Source: Octopus sinensis (taxonomy: Eukaryota). Taken from it: a DNA stretch of 64,000 bases. The position numbers and the translations under genes were made by a program. The stretch is taken from contig NC_043023.1 of the NCBI RefSeq assembly GCF_006345805.1, positions 11,594,001 to 11,658,000 on the forward strand, in the 5' to 3' direction. The notes under the pieces were generated by a model, which was given only the letters and a program-made list of their open reading frames with translations, made no database searches and was not told where the DNA came from. Positions 1 to 16,400 of this stretch are shown here, piece by piece. Position 1 is the stretch's first letter; every line of letters begins with the position of its first letter.

Positions 1-583
1 AACTGACAAAGATCCGTGCTGCATCTGAGAAAGTAACAGTTAGTTCGTTGTATGTATGTGTGTGTGTGTGTGTAAATGCACGCACACACACACACACACT
101 ATAAACTTAAAGCTATAAACCTGTAGTGGTGGATAGGTGTAGACTGACCACTCATCACAACGATATCAAATTTCAACCTCCCCCGCCGAAACGAGGAAGT
201 GATTTACGACCCTTACCCCCACGACAAAACTCTAAAACCTATTATCAGCCACTTATCTCTATATCTCCAAACTGAAAACTATTGAAAAGGTTGCAAGACG
301 CAACGAAAATTTTAGGACAATAAAAATAAGAAATAAGTAGAAATTTTACCGGTGAGTGTGTTAAATTATAAGGCACCAAAAGAGAATGACTCTCCCCAGA
401 TACGACAGAATATGCTTCAATACACGAACTCATATAAAGAATCTTGCAAACCAAATCCAAAAACGAAATATTTTCCAAATGTTTTCGATTCGTAATAAAT
501 ACTATAACATCAAGAGGGTCACATAATTCTATTATTTGCATTATTATCACCATTATAGCCTTCAAGTAAATATTTCTCAACAT

Positions 584-720
584 ACCGTATTCAGATATGA
601 ACAACGAGTCAGTGATTGCTAATTAAGCACCTTAATTAATGTTTAACTTGGAGCTTGTAAAACAAGTTTGGTAGCAGTTACTTCCCTTTATATGATTGTA
701 TTTCTTTAATTCTCCAATAG
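584..720 (-). other. Putative non-coding first exon/promoter of a family-A ZNF gene running off the left edge
   Basis: Homologous to 8354-8500 (same strand) and 62400-62553 (inverted); donor CTGAATACG|GTATGT at 585. Confidence 0.5.
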
Positions 721-814
721 ATGGCTCCACTGACTGGTGATTTCGTTTCAGTGTTTTTCTGACAACCACTTCGCAAAATTACACCAGATTATTTTAACAA
801 AGAGTACTCACGTA

Positions 815-1100
815 GGATCTTTTCGGTTTGAACGGCAGATTTTTAAAATAGTTTCTTTGTAACTTAACACTTTTAAACTTCGTATACTGGTAGAATGTAT
901 TTATAAAACATCTTTTTCTCTTGGCTTTATTGAGAAAAAATTCTATAGTTTGTAAGCTATTTGTTGTTTAATTTCTTGCATTTCGGCAATTTCAACCAAT
1001 CAATGACGTCTATTGAGGTGAATCCAATTTGTCCGGTTAGTTGTCAACAACAATTATTTCTAGTGTCATATGAAATTGTCCCTGTTATTTATGACATAGT
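815..1100 (+). mobile_element. GGATC-TIR MITE, partial; same insertion site as the 8554 copy
   Basis: TIR ggatcttttcggtttgaacggcag; identical left flank gagtactcacgta at both copies. Confidence 0.85.
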
Positions 1101-1269
1101 ACATATCAGTTACGTTCGTAAAGCAAAGTTTGTTCAAATGCCCTTAAAATATTATTATGGTTTTCCATAATATTTTGTTGCGTAATCCCACTCAATCTTA
1201 TATAGGACCCTGAGGGGGCTGTGTGGACCTGAGTTGAGAATCACTGATATAAATTGTCAGATCCTTCTC

Positions 1270-1720
1270 CTACCTAACCGGATGGCCCTTCTCTGCAGAC
1301 CAACTTAATAGCTACCCACAGCGACATTTCTGTGTGCAGTTCATCTGTTATCGGTGATTGGGAATGTCCCACACACGCATTTGGGGGCTTCACCCAACTT
1401 TGTCTATGGCCTGTACCATGTAACCCCTTCCAACTCCAGCTGCTGCAGTGTCCCCATTCGTACCGGAATATGGCTGTCTGTGGAACAAACTCGAAGACTG
1501 CCTCCGTGCGGTAGATTCGTTGTTTCTCAGCCTTAAATTCAATTGAACAATGGTGCAAAAAGCTGTACTATTGTCCATTAATAGCTCATCTACAAGCCCC
1601 CATTCCAAACACACTGATTGCAGCCCTTCCGCAGCATTACCACCCTGATTTCTCTCCATGACGCCATCCACCCTGGCCCACAATCCACCATTGCAAGGTG
1701 TACCTTTCCCCAAGAGTGTG
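1270..1720 (-). mobile_element. Degenerate Gypsy-like integrase fragment (paralogous piece at ~9670-9975)
   Basis: Minus-strand peptide ...EWGLVDELLMDNSTAF... resembles the retroelement integrase core; broken frames. Confidence 0.4.
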
Positions 1721-2427
1721 TCGCATCAATGGATAACCTCTTGCTAATCCAACTTTTCAACCCTTTGTTTTACCCTACAGCCCTTTATGAGCTCAAATAT
1801 CACTGCTTCCCTTTCATTTCTCTCTCCATCTGCCCCATTCTCTACCTGTGTTGTGTTTCTTTCAATTAATTATAAATATAACAAAAATTTAGTAAAATAA
1901 CTTTGTTATCATTAAGCTAGTGATAGGAACACAAATTGTGACTAAGGTTTGGTGGAAGATTTCAATTCAAAACTTGTGAAAACAAGACATTTGTACTCAT
2001 TGCCAGAGCCCGTTTCAGCCAGGTTGGCAACAAAAGGGTTAATATAAACTTAGTAAGGCAGAACCTAGTCACTCTCCTGGCGGAATCAGGTCAGTTGAGT
2101 CATCAGTTTCTTGGGAAGTTCTGATTTCTAATTCTTACCTTTATTCACCTGATTAAAACGGCTCTTTTGCAGGATGTTACACTTTTGTTAATCAGTAAAG
2201 AATATGTCAGAAACAGCAGTACTGGACTAAAGCCCATCTTTGTTGTTAATTATTCTTTGCCTAACTTGGAAAATTCCATTCGTTCGGATTTCAAGTCTGT
2301 AATCCAAGTGGAATGCATGCAGTGAATGTAGTCCAGTTTGACTTTGATGACACATTGTGGATTCAGTGAGGTATTTATAGATGTATGCATAACTGGAAGG
2401 AGAAATCTGTATTTACTTTAGTAAAAA

Positions 2428-2851
2428 CTAGCATTATGACCCGTCGTTGTCGGGTCATAGTGCTAGTGCATGTATATATGTGTAAAGTTTAACACGTAAT
2501 ACTGAAATAGTGGAGAAGATATGATATTGCTATGGGCTTGCCCTAGGCAAGAAGTTGAACATTTCTTTTACCCATGAAACTACATGGACCCTAAGTAAGG
2601 CAAGTGTAAAATTTGAATGAAATTGGTTGTGTAGATCTCAAGTTTTAGGGAATTGTAGTGGAGAAGATATGATATTGCTGTGGGCTCGCCCTAGGCAAAA
2701 AGTTAAAAAAATTTTCTGCCAATGACTCTCCCTGGATCCTAAATAAGGCATGTGTAAAATTTGAATGAAATCGGTTGTGTAGTTCTCAAGTTTTAAGGAA
2801 ACACACAGACAGACACCCACACACATTCTCAGTTTTATATATATATAGAGA
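2428..2851 (-). mobile_element. Non-autonomous Helitron
   Basis: Minus strand A|TC...hairpin (actagcattatgacccg...cgggtcatagtgctagt)...CTAG|T; internal ~130-bp duplication. Confidence 0.65.
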
Positions 2852-3039
2852 TGTATATGTCAGTATATATTGTGGATACACAGGTGCACAATCCCTGGCC
2901 CTCCCTTGGTGTTTTACTTTTTAAACAAGGTAGGAGAACTAAGCAGTGATGTTTAAAAGTAAAATGTTATTACCATTCTAAGAATGTCAGTGCCAGATTC
3001 AAACTTATTCACCATGTTTTGTCATAGAGAAAATTTCTT

Positions 3040-3560
3040 GTTGTAAAGAAATGGTGTAAATACACCTAAATCAGATTTACACCATTTGTCTACAGCCAGA
3101 AATTTTACACCATGGAAGTGGATCCAGGCAATGACTTTCCCAACATGTCAAATCAAACTCTAGAGATTTTACTGATTGCTTCAGCTAATCCTTATACTTA
3201 AGGACAGGTCTTCCTCTGCCATGATATCCATCCATTTTTTGGCCGTGAAGAATTTTTTTTAATGCAGCCATTTTTCATTTGAAAAACATGTCCTAACCAT
3301 CTGCACTGAATTCTCATCAACACGCTTTGGATGCTGGACATACCACATATTTCTAAGATTTTGACATTTGATGTCTTATCTTGCTATTTTGTTGCACAAA
3401 CAGCACATGAGGAAAGTTTCAAGTTTTTTTTTATTTCTCTGTAAAAGGGAGTCCATGCTTCTGCCCCAGACATGAATACACTCAAAATACGAGATTTGTA
3501 TACACTTATTTTAGTCACCAGACTGTCACTGTGTTCAGAAACACAGCAAAGAAAGCAAGC
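3040..3560 (-). mobile_element. Old RTE LINE C-terminal fragment (duplicated at ~10380-10900)
   Basis: Peptides VYKSRILSVFMSGAEAW and GRGRPVLRYKD are typical of RTE ORF2 ends. Confidence 0.6.
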
Positions 3561-3969
3561 CAAATCTGACTGCAATCTGGAACAGCACTCTGGCTTGACA
3601 GCCCTTGTAAGACTTTCCCACCTGATCCTGCATAGAAAACATTAAAGGATGATGATGATAATGAAGAAAGCACAACAAAGACAAAATTAATGTCACTTAA
3701 AACTTTTATTCCTTATTCCCATTCCTTTATTCTCTCATAACAAATTCCTCAAAAATCCAACACAATCATCTTCAGAAATCAAAGTGACCGCTGTCTTGAT
3801 ATATTTAGATATATAACTGATATTTAAGTTGTGATTCATTAATATCAAATCGCTAATGATGAAATTAAAGTTGATGAGTTCAAACTTGAATAGGAATAAA
3901 TCCAGTCGTTTAACAGACAAAATATTCATAATTGTTGTCCAGTTGTAATAAATTTTGATACAGATACAG

Positions 3970-6743
<2,774 letters not shown>

Positions 6744-7183
6744 TACAAGAGAATTTTTTATACATATCACAATGATAGTGTTTTTTTCATTTCCATGAAT
6801 ATGGTTGTGTTCAGTTGTGTCACTATTTTCAGAGAATAATTTAATGCAACAATTCTTTCATCTGTGATTTTACTGAATATCTAAAACACAAGATGTAAAC
6901 TGCTAACTCATTTCAAAAGTTATCAACGCTCAATTAATCTGTAAATTGATTATCTCCTCTACATTCCAGACGGTGAAGGCAAAAAAATATTGTTGTTAAT
7001 TGCATTGTCCAGAAGAAATATTTTCCCATCGTTTGATGAAGATTTTATTCATATAAAGAGGTTGAAGTATTGATGAATAGCCTTATAAAAATATGGTCTT
7101 CCTTTGATCCATGAAAGTCAATAAAAATACCAGAGGTACATCTGAATGAAGAAATTTCTTTTATGTCAACATGAAGTGATATT

Positions 7184-8353
7184 CTGAAATAGAAAAAGAA
7201 GCAGTAAGGTAAAGAAGAAGAAGAAGCAGTAGAGCACTGGGTTCCATTGAATCGACCTACACTCTACCACCAAATTACAGACATTGTGTCTCATATACTA
7301 AAGATTCTTTTTACTTTAGGCACAAGAACCGGAATTTTTGCGGCGAGAGCCAGTCGATTAGATCGACCCCAGTCAACAACTGGTACTTAATTTATCGACC
7401 ATGAAACTATGAAAGGCAAAGTCGACCCCGGCGGAACTTGAACTCAGAACGTAAATACAGACGAAATACAGTACTAACGTTTCTTATTTCGTAACGCCCT
7501 ATATTAACCCTTATTTCTTTACTGCCCACAAGAGGCTAAACACAGAGGGCACAAACAAGGACAGACAAACGGATTAAGTCGATTATATCGACCGCAGTGC
7601 ACAACTGGTACTTAATTTCTCGATCCAGAAAAGATGAAAGGCAAAGTCGACCTCGGCGGAATTTGAACTCAGAACGTAACGGGAGGCGAAATACAGCTAA
7701 GCATTTCGCCCGGCGTGCTAACGTTTCTGCCAGCTTGGTGCCTTTAAAGTACTAAAAATTGATATCATCATCATCACCATTATTATTTTATGCACCCGAA
7801 ACGAACGAAACTCGAAGTCGACCTCAGCGGAAAGTCCTCACTTCAAATACGGCCGAGGTCGACTTTGCCTTTCATCCCTTTCGGGAAATACTGAGTTCTA
7901 TGTATTCGACTGGCAAAATTTGAAACGATCATCATCATTACTATAACCTTAGAAGAAATCCACGCCAACTTACCGATTAATCAGTGCCTCATAAACAACA
8001 GGCCAACGTTTATTAATGTGACAGCCTTCATCACATTAACCATAGTAAAATGATAGTCCTCTCATTTTACAAATTAATTATGCTACATTACTCTGATCTT
8101 ACTAATTAATTATACCACAATACTCTCATCTTACTAATTAATTTACTTTATATCACATGTAACAGTTGAGAATAGGTTTTCATAAACAACAAATTAACAT
8201 TTCACTTCGGAAGTTATTTAAGACGAGCAAATACATTTCCCTATTGTTATGCCTTCCAAATAATTACTGTAACATCGAGAGGGTCACATAATTCTATAAT
8301 TTACATTATTATTATTATCATTACAGCCTTAAAGAAAATCTTTGTCAACTTAC
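7184..8353 (-). other. Predicted intron 1 of ZNF-1
   Basis: Donor GAATACG|GTAAGT at 8353; polypyrimidine acceptor TTTCTATTTCAG|AATAT at 7184; both conserved in paralogues. Confidence 0.6.
7320..7742 (-). mobile_element. tRNA-derived SINE family 1 (tandem/partial copies)
   Basis: Head ggc..agctggcagaaacgttagcacgccgggcgaaatg and body gagttcaaattccgccgaggtcgac; recurs at 27130, 32566, 37284, 60105 and 63030-63650. Confidence 0.85.
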
Positions 8354-8553
8354 CGTATTCAGATATAAAGAGCGAGTCGGTGGTCAGTAATTAAGCACCT
8401 TAATTAATAATTTACAGGGAGCACGTGGTTTTGAGTGTTGTAGAAGTTATTTCCCTTTATATGGTTGTATTCCTTTAATTCTCCAATATATGGCTTCACT
8501 GACTTGTCCCATTCTGTCAACCACTTCGCCTTTTTACAAAGAGTACTCACGTA

Positions 8554-8960
8554 GGATCTTTTCGGTTTGAACGGCAGTTTTTTAAAATAATTTCCACGTC
8601 ACTAAACACGTTGAAACTTCGTATACTGGTAATGTGCTTATAAAACATCTTTTTCTCTTGGCTTTATTGAGAAAATTCTATAGTTTGTAAGATATTTGTT
8701 GTTATTTTTTCTTCAATTTCAACCAATCAATGACGTCTATTGAGGTTTAAAAGAACATTCTGTGCCGTATGAATATATCCCTCGTTTAAGAAACAGATTG
8801 GGTTTATTTACAGTTCTGAAGAAAAAAATAGATACCCTTCCTCCCACCCCTAACCCTAAAACAGATTATAATACAATAGATCGATACTAGGATCATAATT
8901 ATGGGTGACAATTTCATATGACACCGCTAGAAAAGACTGCTGGTCAAACCGAAAAGATCC
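8554..8960 (+). mobile_element. GGATC-TIR MITE, full length (~400 bp)
   Basis: Both TIRs present; internal cctaaccctaa tract. Confidence 0.9.
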
Positions 8961-9014
8961 TTGCTTTTCAATCAGCTACACACTGTGAATACAAATACTA
9001 TTGGTCATGGAAAT

Positions 9015-9655
9015 CAGGGGTACTCAACCACTTCTTTCCTACGGACCCCTTTGAGTAGTATTCTATTCTGGTGGACACCCATAGCCATTTGATGTTTAAA
9101 AACTAGTTTCATGCTTACTTTCAAAATTCCTCGTTAGCTTTTCACAAATTAGCAGATGTAGGTTCCCTAAAATGTGTAAAATGTTGGAGAAAGAAACCTG
9201 TTTCTTGCAAAACATAACATCTCTCTTTCTCTTTTGCTTGTTTCAGTCATTTGACTGTGTCCATGCTGGAGCACCGCCTTTAATCGAGCAACTCGACCCC
9301 GGGACTTATTCTTTTGTAAGCCCAGTACTAATTCTATTGGTCTCTTTTGCCGAACCGCTAAGTAACGGGGACATAAACACACCAGCATCGGTTGTCGAGC
9401 AATGCTAGGGGGACAAACACACACACACAAACTTATATATATACATATATACAATGGGCTTCTTTTAGTTTCTGTCTACCAAATCCACTCACAAGGCTTT
9501 GGTCAGCCCGAGGCTAAAGTAGAAGAAAGCAAAACTTTTATGATGGCCTTTAAAATACAATTATGCTTTCCCATAATATTTTGTTGTGTAATCCACTCAA
9601 TCTTATATGGGACCCTGAGGGGGCTGTGTTTGCGTGCCCCAGTTGAGAACTACTG
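9015..9655. mobile_element. hAT (Charlie-like) MITE with a nested SINE at ~9199-9525
   Basis: TIRs caggggtactcaac / gttgagaactactg; 8-bp TSD atggaaat/atgtaaat. Confidence 0.75.
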
Positions 9656-9974
9656 ATGTAAATTGTGAGATCCTTCTCCCGCCTAAATGGATGCCCCTTC
9701 TCCGCAGAGAAGCTTAAATGCTAGCCTGCAGTGAAATTATGGCGTGCAGTTCGTCTGTTATCGGTGATTGGGAATGTCCCACACACGCATTTGGGGGCTT
9801 CACCCAACTTTGTCTATGGCCTGTACCGATGCAACCCCTTCCTCCTCCAGCTGTTGCGGTGTCCCTATTTGTACCGGAATATGGCTGTCTGTGGAACAAG
9901 CTCAAAGACTGCCTCTCAGCCTTAAATTCAATTGAATGATGGTGCAAAAAGCTGTACTATTCTCCATTAATAGC

Positions 9975-10250
9975 TCCCATTCCAAAAACACTTTGCAGCA
10001 CTTCTGGACGTTATCAAAGAAGCTTGAGAGGCGGTTGGATAGAACCTACACTCAGCTCCTTACGAGAGCTCAAAATCTCTCGTGGAAGCATCATTCAACC
10101 AAAGTACAAATATATGGGAAACTGCCACCTGTGTCATCTCTTGTGAAAGGTAGGAGAGTCCAGTTCACTGGACATTGTTGTAGAGCTTAAAACGAGGTAA
10201 TTTCTACTCTGGAAGCCTTCTACTCGCAATACCAGGTGCACTATCCCTAG
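9975..10250 (+). mobile_element. RTE-group LINE fragment (same family as 33385-34590)
   Basis: LSKKLERRLDRTYTQLLTRAQNLSWK matches the 33980-34384 peptide. Confidence 0.65.
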
Positions 10251-11381
10251 CTCTGACTTCATGCTTAACATTTTAAACAAAATACGGGGCCCATGGTGTG
10301 TATAAATAGAATGTCAAATATGCCAGAGGCAGTTTTGAACTCATGCACAGGTCATTCACTGTGTTTTGTCATGGAGAAAATTTCTTCTTTGCAGAGAAAT
10401 GGTGTAAATACACCTAAATCAGATTTACACCATTTGTCTACAGCCAGAAGTTTTACACCATGGAAGTGGATCCAGGCAATGACTTTCCCAACATGTCAAA
10501 TCAAACTCTAGAGATTTTATTGATTGCTTCGGCTTATCCTTATACCTAAGGACAGGTCTTCCTCTGCCATGATATCCCTCCATTTTTTGGCCATAAAGAA
10601 GAATTTTTTTTAATGCAGCCATTTTTCATTTGAAAAACATGTCCTAACCATCTGCACTGAATTCTCATCAACACGCTTTGGATGCTGGACATACCACATA
10701 TTTCTAAGGTTTTGACATTTGATGTCTTATCTTGCTATTTTGTTGCACAAACAGCACATGTGAAAAGTTTCAAGTTTTTTTTTATTTCTCTGTAAAAGGG
10801 AGTCCATGCTTCTGCCCCAGACATGAATACACTCAAAATACGAGATTTGTATACACTTATTTTAGTCACCAGACTGTCACTGTGTTCAGAAACACACACA
10901 TATCAAATTAAAAACATAACCGAGAGAGCTACCACTAGTTTCATGCTGTTATGATACATGAACAGGCATATTTATAAAACACACCATGTATCTTAAGGGC
11001 ATACAGCCAAAGAAACCAGGCCAAATCTAACTGCAATCTGGAACAGCACTCTGGCTTGACAGCCCTTGTAACACTTTCCCACCTAATCCTGCATAGAAAA
11101 TGTTAAAGGATGATGATGATGATGATGATGATGAAGAAAGCACGACAAAGACAAAATCAATGTCACTTAAAACTTTTATTCCTTATTCCCATTCCTTTAT
11201 TCTCTTATGACAAATTCCTCAAAAATCCAGCACGATCCTCTTCAGAAACCAAAGTCATCTCTGTGTTGATATATTTAGATACATACATGATATTGAAGTT
11301 GGGGTTCGTTAATATTAAATTGCCATTGATGAAATTGAAGTAATTGTTGTCCTGTTGTAATAAATTTTGATACAGATACTG

Positions 11382-11900
<519 letters not shown>

Positions 11901-12039
11901 CTGAAATAGAAAAAGAAACAGTAAGAGAAAGAGGATAGTTAAGTGACATAGTAATTCAACATTGAAAAGATTACAACATGAACACTGTCAGCCATTTAAT
12001 GTCAATGTTTACAGGGGTCAGAGTTCCTTGAGGTGTTGA

Positions 12040-12540
12040 AACATTGGTATACCCACACAAGTTTACTACACACTTCACCTCTACCTTTCAGAAAATTGTT
12101 TGAGAAAATTCTGTAGTTTGTAACATATTTGTTGTTTAATTTCTTGCATTTCGGCAATTTCAACCAATCAAAGACGTCTATTGAGGTGAAAACGATTTCT
12201 GCCGTAACATTTACTGGTGGCGTCATATGAAAATGTCCCTGATTTTTATGAGAAAAAAGATACCCTGTGACCATCAAATGAGGGGGTCACTCGTAAACAG
12301 AGCTCGATAACAAAACCGTTCCCTCTTTAGTGTCCACCCATAATTATGACCCTAGTATCGATCTATTGCATTTCAATTTGTTTTAGGGTTAGGGTTGGGG
12401 GCAAAGGTATCTTTTTTTCTTCAGAAATCTAAATAAACCCAATCTGTTTCTTAAACGAATATATAATATGTAACAGGGACATTTTCATATAACGCCACCA
12501 GAAAATGTTACGGCAGAAATCGTTTTCACCTCAATAGACT
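12040..12540. mobile_element. Rearranged GGATC-MITE pieces in inverted orientation
   Basis: MITE internal sequence on both strands; ~65-bp inverted arms at 12175-12245 and 12473-12538. Confidence 0.65.
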
Positions 12541-12639
12541 GAGACAACATCCTGTCACGAAAGGCTAAGATTTAGGGTAAGGGTTAGGGTTAGGGACAGG
12601 ATGTTGTCTCAGTTTTAGATGCAGCAAATGATTTTACTT

Positions 12640-13430
12640 CGATCCATCGTGTCCAATGATGCAAAAATGGATCAAGAAATCGATTCCAGAATCGGGAAAT
12701 CACAAGCTATGAAACAACCACAAGGTATCGTATATGGTGAATGTTAATGTAAGACGGTTGTCTTGACAACATTGCTTTATGTTGCTGAATCTTGGACTTT
12801 GTACCGAAAGCACATTAACCAGCTTGACGCATTTCATATGCGATGCGTGCGTACTACCTCCAACATAAAACCGAGCGACCATATTCATAACAGTGAGGTA
12901 CTATCAAAATGCAGCATATCAGGTCCTGGAGTCATCCTCATCACCATACAGCTGAGGTGGTCAGGTTATCTCTCACGTATTCCAAAGCAACTTCTCTTAG
13001 GCCAATTCCTATAAGGAAGGTCAGTTGGAAGGTCACTCCTACGCTTCAAAGGCAAACTAAAAAACAATCTGAAGCGATGCAACATGCCCTTTTCTCCCTG
13101 GGAAACCAAAGCACCAGATCGCAGAACCTTGTACTAGACCTTCTTCTTGTCAGGTTTAAGAATAATTGGCTCCAACAACGGGATCAACTTCGTGCAAGCA
13201 TAAAGGTACGCTGGCAAAACACTGCTCCACTAAATAGAAACCTCGCGTGTCATTGTGGTTTTGTGGTAAATGATCATGAAGCACTCAAGCCAAGTGAGCA
13301 CTCAACTTGTTTGATTTGCCAAAAGATTTGCAAGGTACCAGGGGGCATCAAGAGAGACATTCGCGCCCAGAGAACATGGTTAACGCTTTATTTTACTGAA
13401 CCCACATTTGTCGTTCACGACAAGATATCA
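12640..13430 (+). mobile_element. RTE-BovB-like LINE 3' fragment
   Basis: TLLYVAESWTLYRKHINQLDAFHMRC...QLRWSGYLSRIPKQLLLG. Confidence 0.75.
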
Positions 13431-13475
13431 TCTTGTGTGTATATATTTATATATATTATAATATATAATATATAT

Positions 13476-16400
13476 TACTTTGATACTTTGATACTTTGAT
13501 AGGTTTCGGCCATTATTGGCCCAGGCCATGTCTAACTTAATAGCACCACCTCGTGAAGTCTTTCAAGTCAGAATTTGGGCACTATGGCCCACTCAAGTAG
13601 AGAGTTATTGTTTACAGAGACATTCCGGGTGTAGGGGGTTTATCCGGGATTTCTTGAAGGAATCTGTCCAAAGACTTCTTGAACCCTATAGGGTCAGTTT
13701 CTGTTTTATGTGTTTTGGTGTAATGTTAAAGAGAGCGGGGCCAATTGAGGTGAAATAATTGTGCCGTATTGTTATTATGAGATGAGAGTGCGATTTTTGT
13801 TTTGGGCGGATGGCACGGGGCCCAAGCCTTGGATGTACCTTAAAGGTGATGCCAACATCATTTGGGCAATGCTGATGGAATATTTTCCACATCATGCAGA
13901 TGATGTAGCGCTCACGACGACGTTGGAGAGAATAGAGTTTTAGCGTTTCTAGCCGACCCCAATAGTCGAGGCCTGTCATGCCATCTATTTTTTTGTGATT
14001 GCCCTTTGAGGTGCTTCAACTTTTATGATACCTTGTATTGTGTGGGGAGACCACAGTGGACAACAGTATTCAAGGTGGGGTCGGGCAAAAGTGGAGAAGA
14101 GAAGGATAATGGTGTGGATATCTCTCGACTGGAAAGTTCTGAGAATCCAGGAACATTCTGCGGGCCATGTCAACTTTGGTGTTTATATGAGTGGCCCAGC
14201 TTACGTTGTTGTCCACAATTACTCCCAAGTCTCTGATGTTGCTGGACGCTGCGAGAGTTTCACCTGAAGGAAGGGAGTATGGGAGTTTCAGGGCATCCTC
14301 TTTTCCAAAGTGGATTAGCTCAAATTTATCCTCGTTCAGCAGCATATTGTTTTTTTCTGCCCATTGGATAACAGCCAGTAGATCTGACTGAAGGCATGTC
14401 TGGTCACTCGCCTCATTTATGACCTTCTGTAGCTTGGAGTCATCTGCAAAGATTTTTATGTTGCTGTGCTTGATGATGTCAGTAATGTCATTAATGTAAA
14501 TGATGAAAAGAAGTGGGCCCAGCACAGTGCCTTGCGGAACGCCACTACTGACTTTGGCTGGGCTTGATTTTACCCCTTCAACTACAACATGTTGAGATCT
14601 GTTGTCAGGAAACACTTAATCCATTTCAGTAAATTTCCAGAGACACCAATGTGGATAGTTTTTTCAATAGGATCTTGTGATGACCCTGTCGAAGGCCTTA
14701 CTGAAATCAAGGTAGATGACATCAGTGTTGGAGCCCTCTCCCAAAGCTCTCAAAATGTCCTCAAAGTGATGCAGGAGCTGTGTTAAGCAGTCCCTTCCAT
14801 TACGGAACCCATGTTGGTTGGAGATCAGCCGTCTGTTGCTTTCAGAAATTGGGTTATTCGAGATCTCACCACCCTCTCAAATACCTTGATGATATGAGAG
14901 GTGAGTGAGATCGGACGGTAATTCACTGCAAGGGACTTGTTTCCCTTTTTGAAAACTGGGACAACAGACTGGGACAGAAGGTTTTTGAATATAGCCAGCA
15001 TCCAGTGAGTTTCTCCACAGATTAGCAAGGGGAGATGCAAGTTGGTGTCGACACACCTTCAGGACACAAGCAGGGAACCTATCGGGGCCTACTGCTGAAT
15101 TGTGTTTTATTTCGTTTATCGCCGCTAAGACATCAGGGGCACTAAACGTTATGTCCGATATAGTGTGTTGGGGGTTGACATCACTGATACAGCCCAGATC
15201 GGCCATATCAGGATTGCTGAAAACAGAGCAGTATTGTTTCTGCAGTATCTCGGCCATGGATTTGGCATTATCTTGGAGAGTGCCAGTTTCGTCAATTAGA
15301 GGGCCTACAGTGGAGACAGTGACCCTGCGTTTCCTCGCAAATGAAAAGAACACTTTGGGGTTGAGTTTGATTTTTTCAATGGACCACTTCTCCTCAGCTG
15401 ATCTTTGGTTATTGATGAGGGTCTTCATGCATTGTTGGAGGTTATATTTTTTGGATTCAAGCAGTGCGATAGCCGTCGAATGTGTGTGTTGCTGTTGGCA
15501 GTACTTTAGTTTGTTAATTTTTTTGTTTGTTCTTTTTATTTTTCTGATAATGGTTTTTCTGTTTTGGGGGATTCTGCACTTTTTGTTCACAGGTCTTGGT
15601 GGGGAGTGTTTTGCACATATGTCTGTGACGGTGTCTACAAAGATCTGCCAAGATGTTTTATGGTTGGTGGAGATGTGTGTATGTGTAAAGGACCAATCAA
15701 CATTTGATAGCTCGTTCCTGATTGCATCCCAGTTGGCTTTATGGAGATCCATGTTGTCAAATGGGTGGGCTGGAGGAAGGTCACTAAGATTAGCTTTCGG
15801 CTGGTGGAATTTCATGTTACAGAGAACCATGTCATGGTCTGAAAGAAGGGTTTTTTCCACTGTAACGTTATGTATAGTGTTAGTGTGGTTACTAAACACT
15901 AGGTCCAAAATGTTCTGATGTCTTGTTGGTGCGAGGACAAGTTGGGACAAGAAAAACTCATTCGTAAAGTCGAAAAGTGACTCTGCTGCTTCTTTGTCAG
16001 CGGTTGAGGCGGGAGTGCTTGGTTTCAAACAGTTTGTAGTCCAGTCAACACAGGGTAGATTGAAGTCTCCCATCATGAGTATGTTGCTAGAATGGCACTG
16101 TTGAATAAAGCACTTAATGCTGTTGAGGCATTCTTTAAAGCACAGTATGGGTGTTTGGGGCGGCCTATAGAGCCCAATTACTGTCAGGTCATTGGCTTTG
16201 TTGTGCACGGTGACTGATTCACAGTAGCCATTGGAGAATATCTATTTCCATCTGCCGTAAATGAATCATGCAGGAAAATGGCAGTTCCACCCTTCCTCCT
16301 GCCGATACGATCCGCGCGGATGGTTGTGAAATTCTTCACTCTCACTTCGGCTTCCAAGTGGGAGTTGTCAAGGTGGGTCTCAGTGAGAATGAAGAAAGGG

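Noticed and set aside
245-604. 119-aa ORF and other short unassigned ORFs in the track
   Set aside because: They overlap predicted intron, SINE or MITE DNA, and paralogous copies do not preserve the frame
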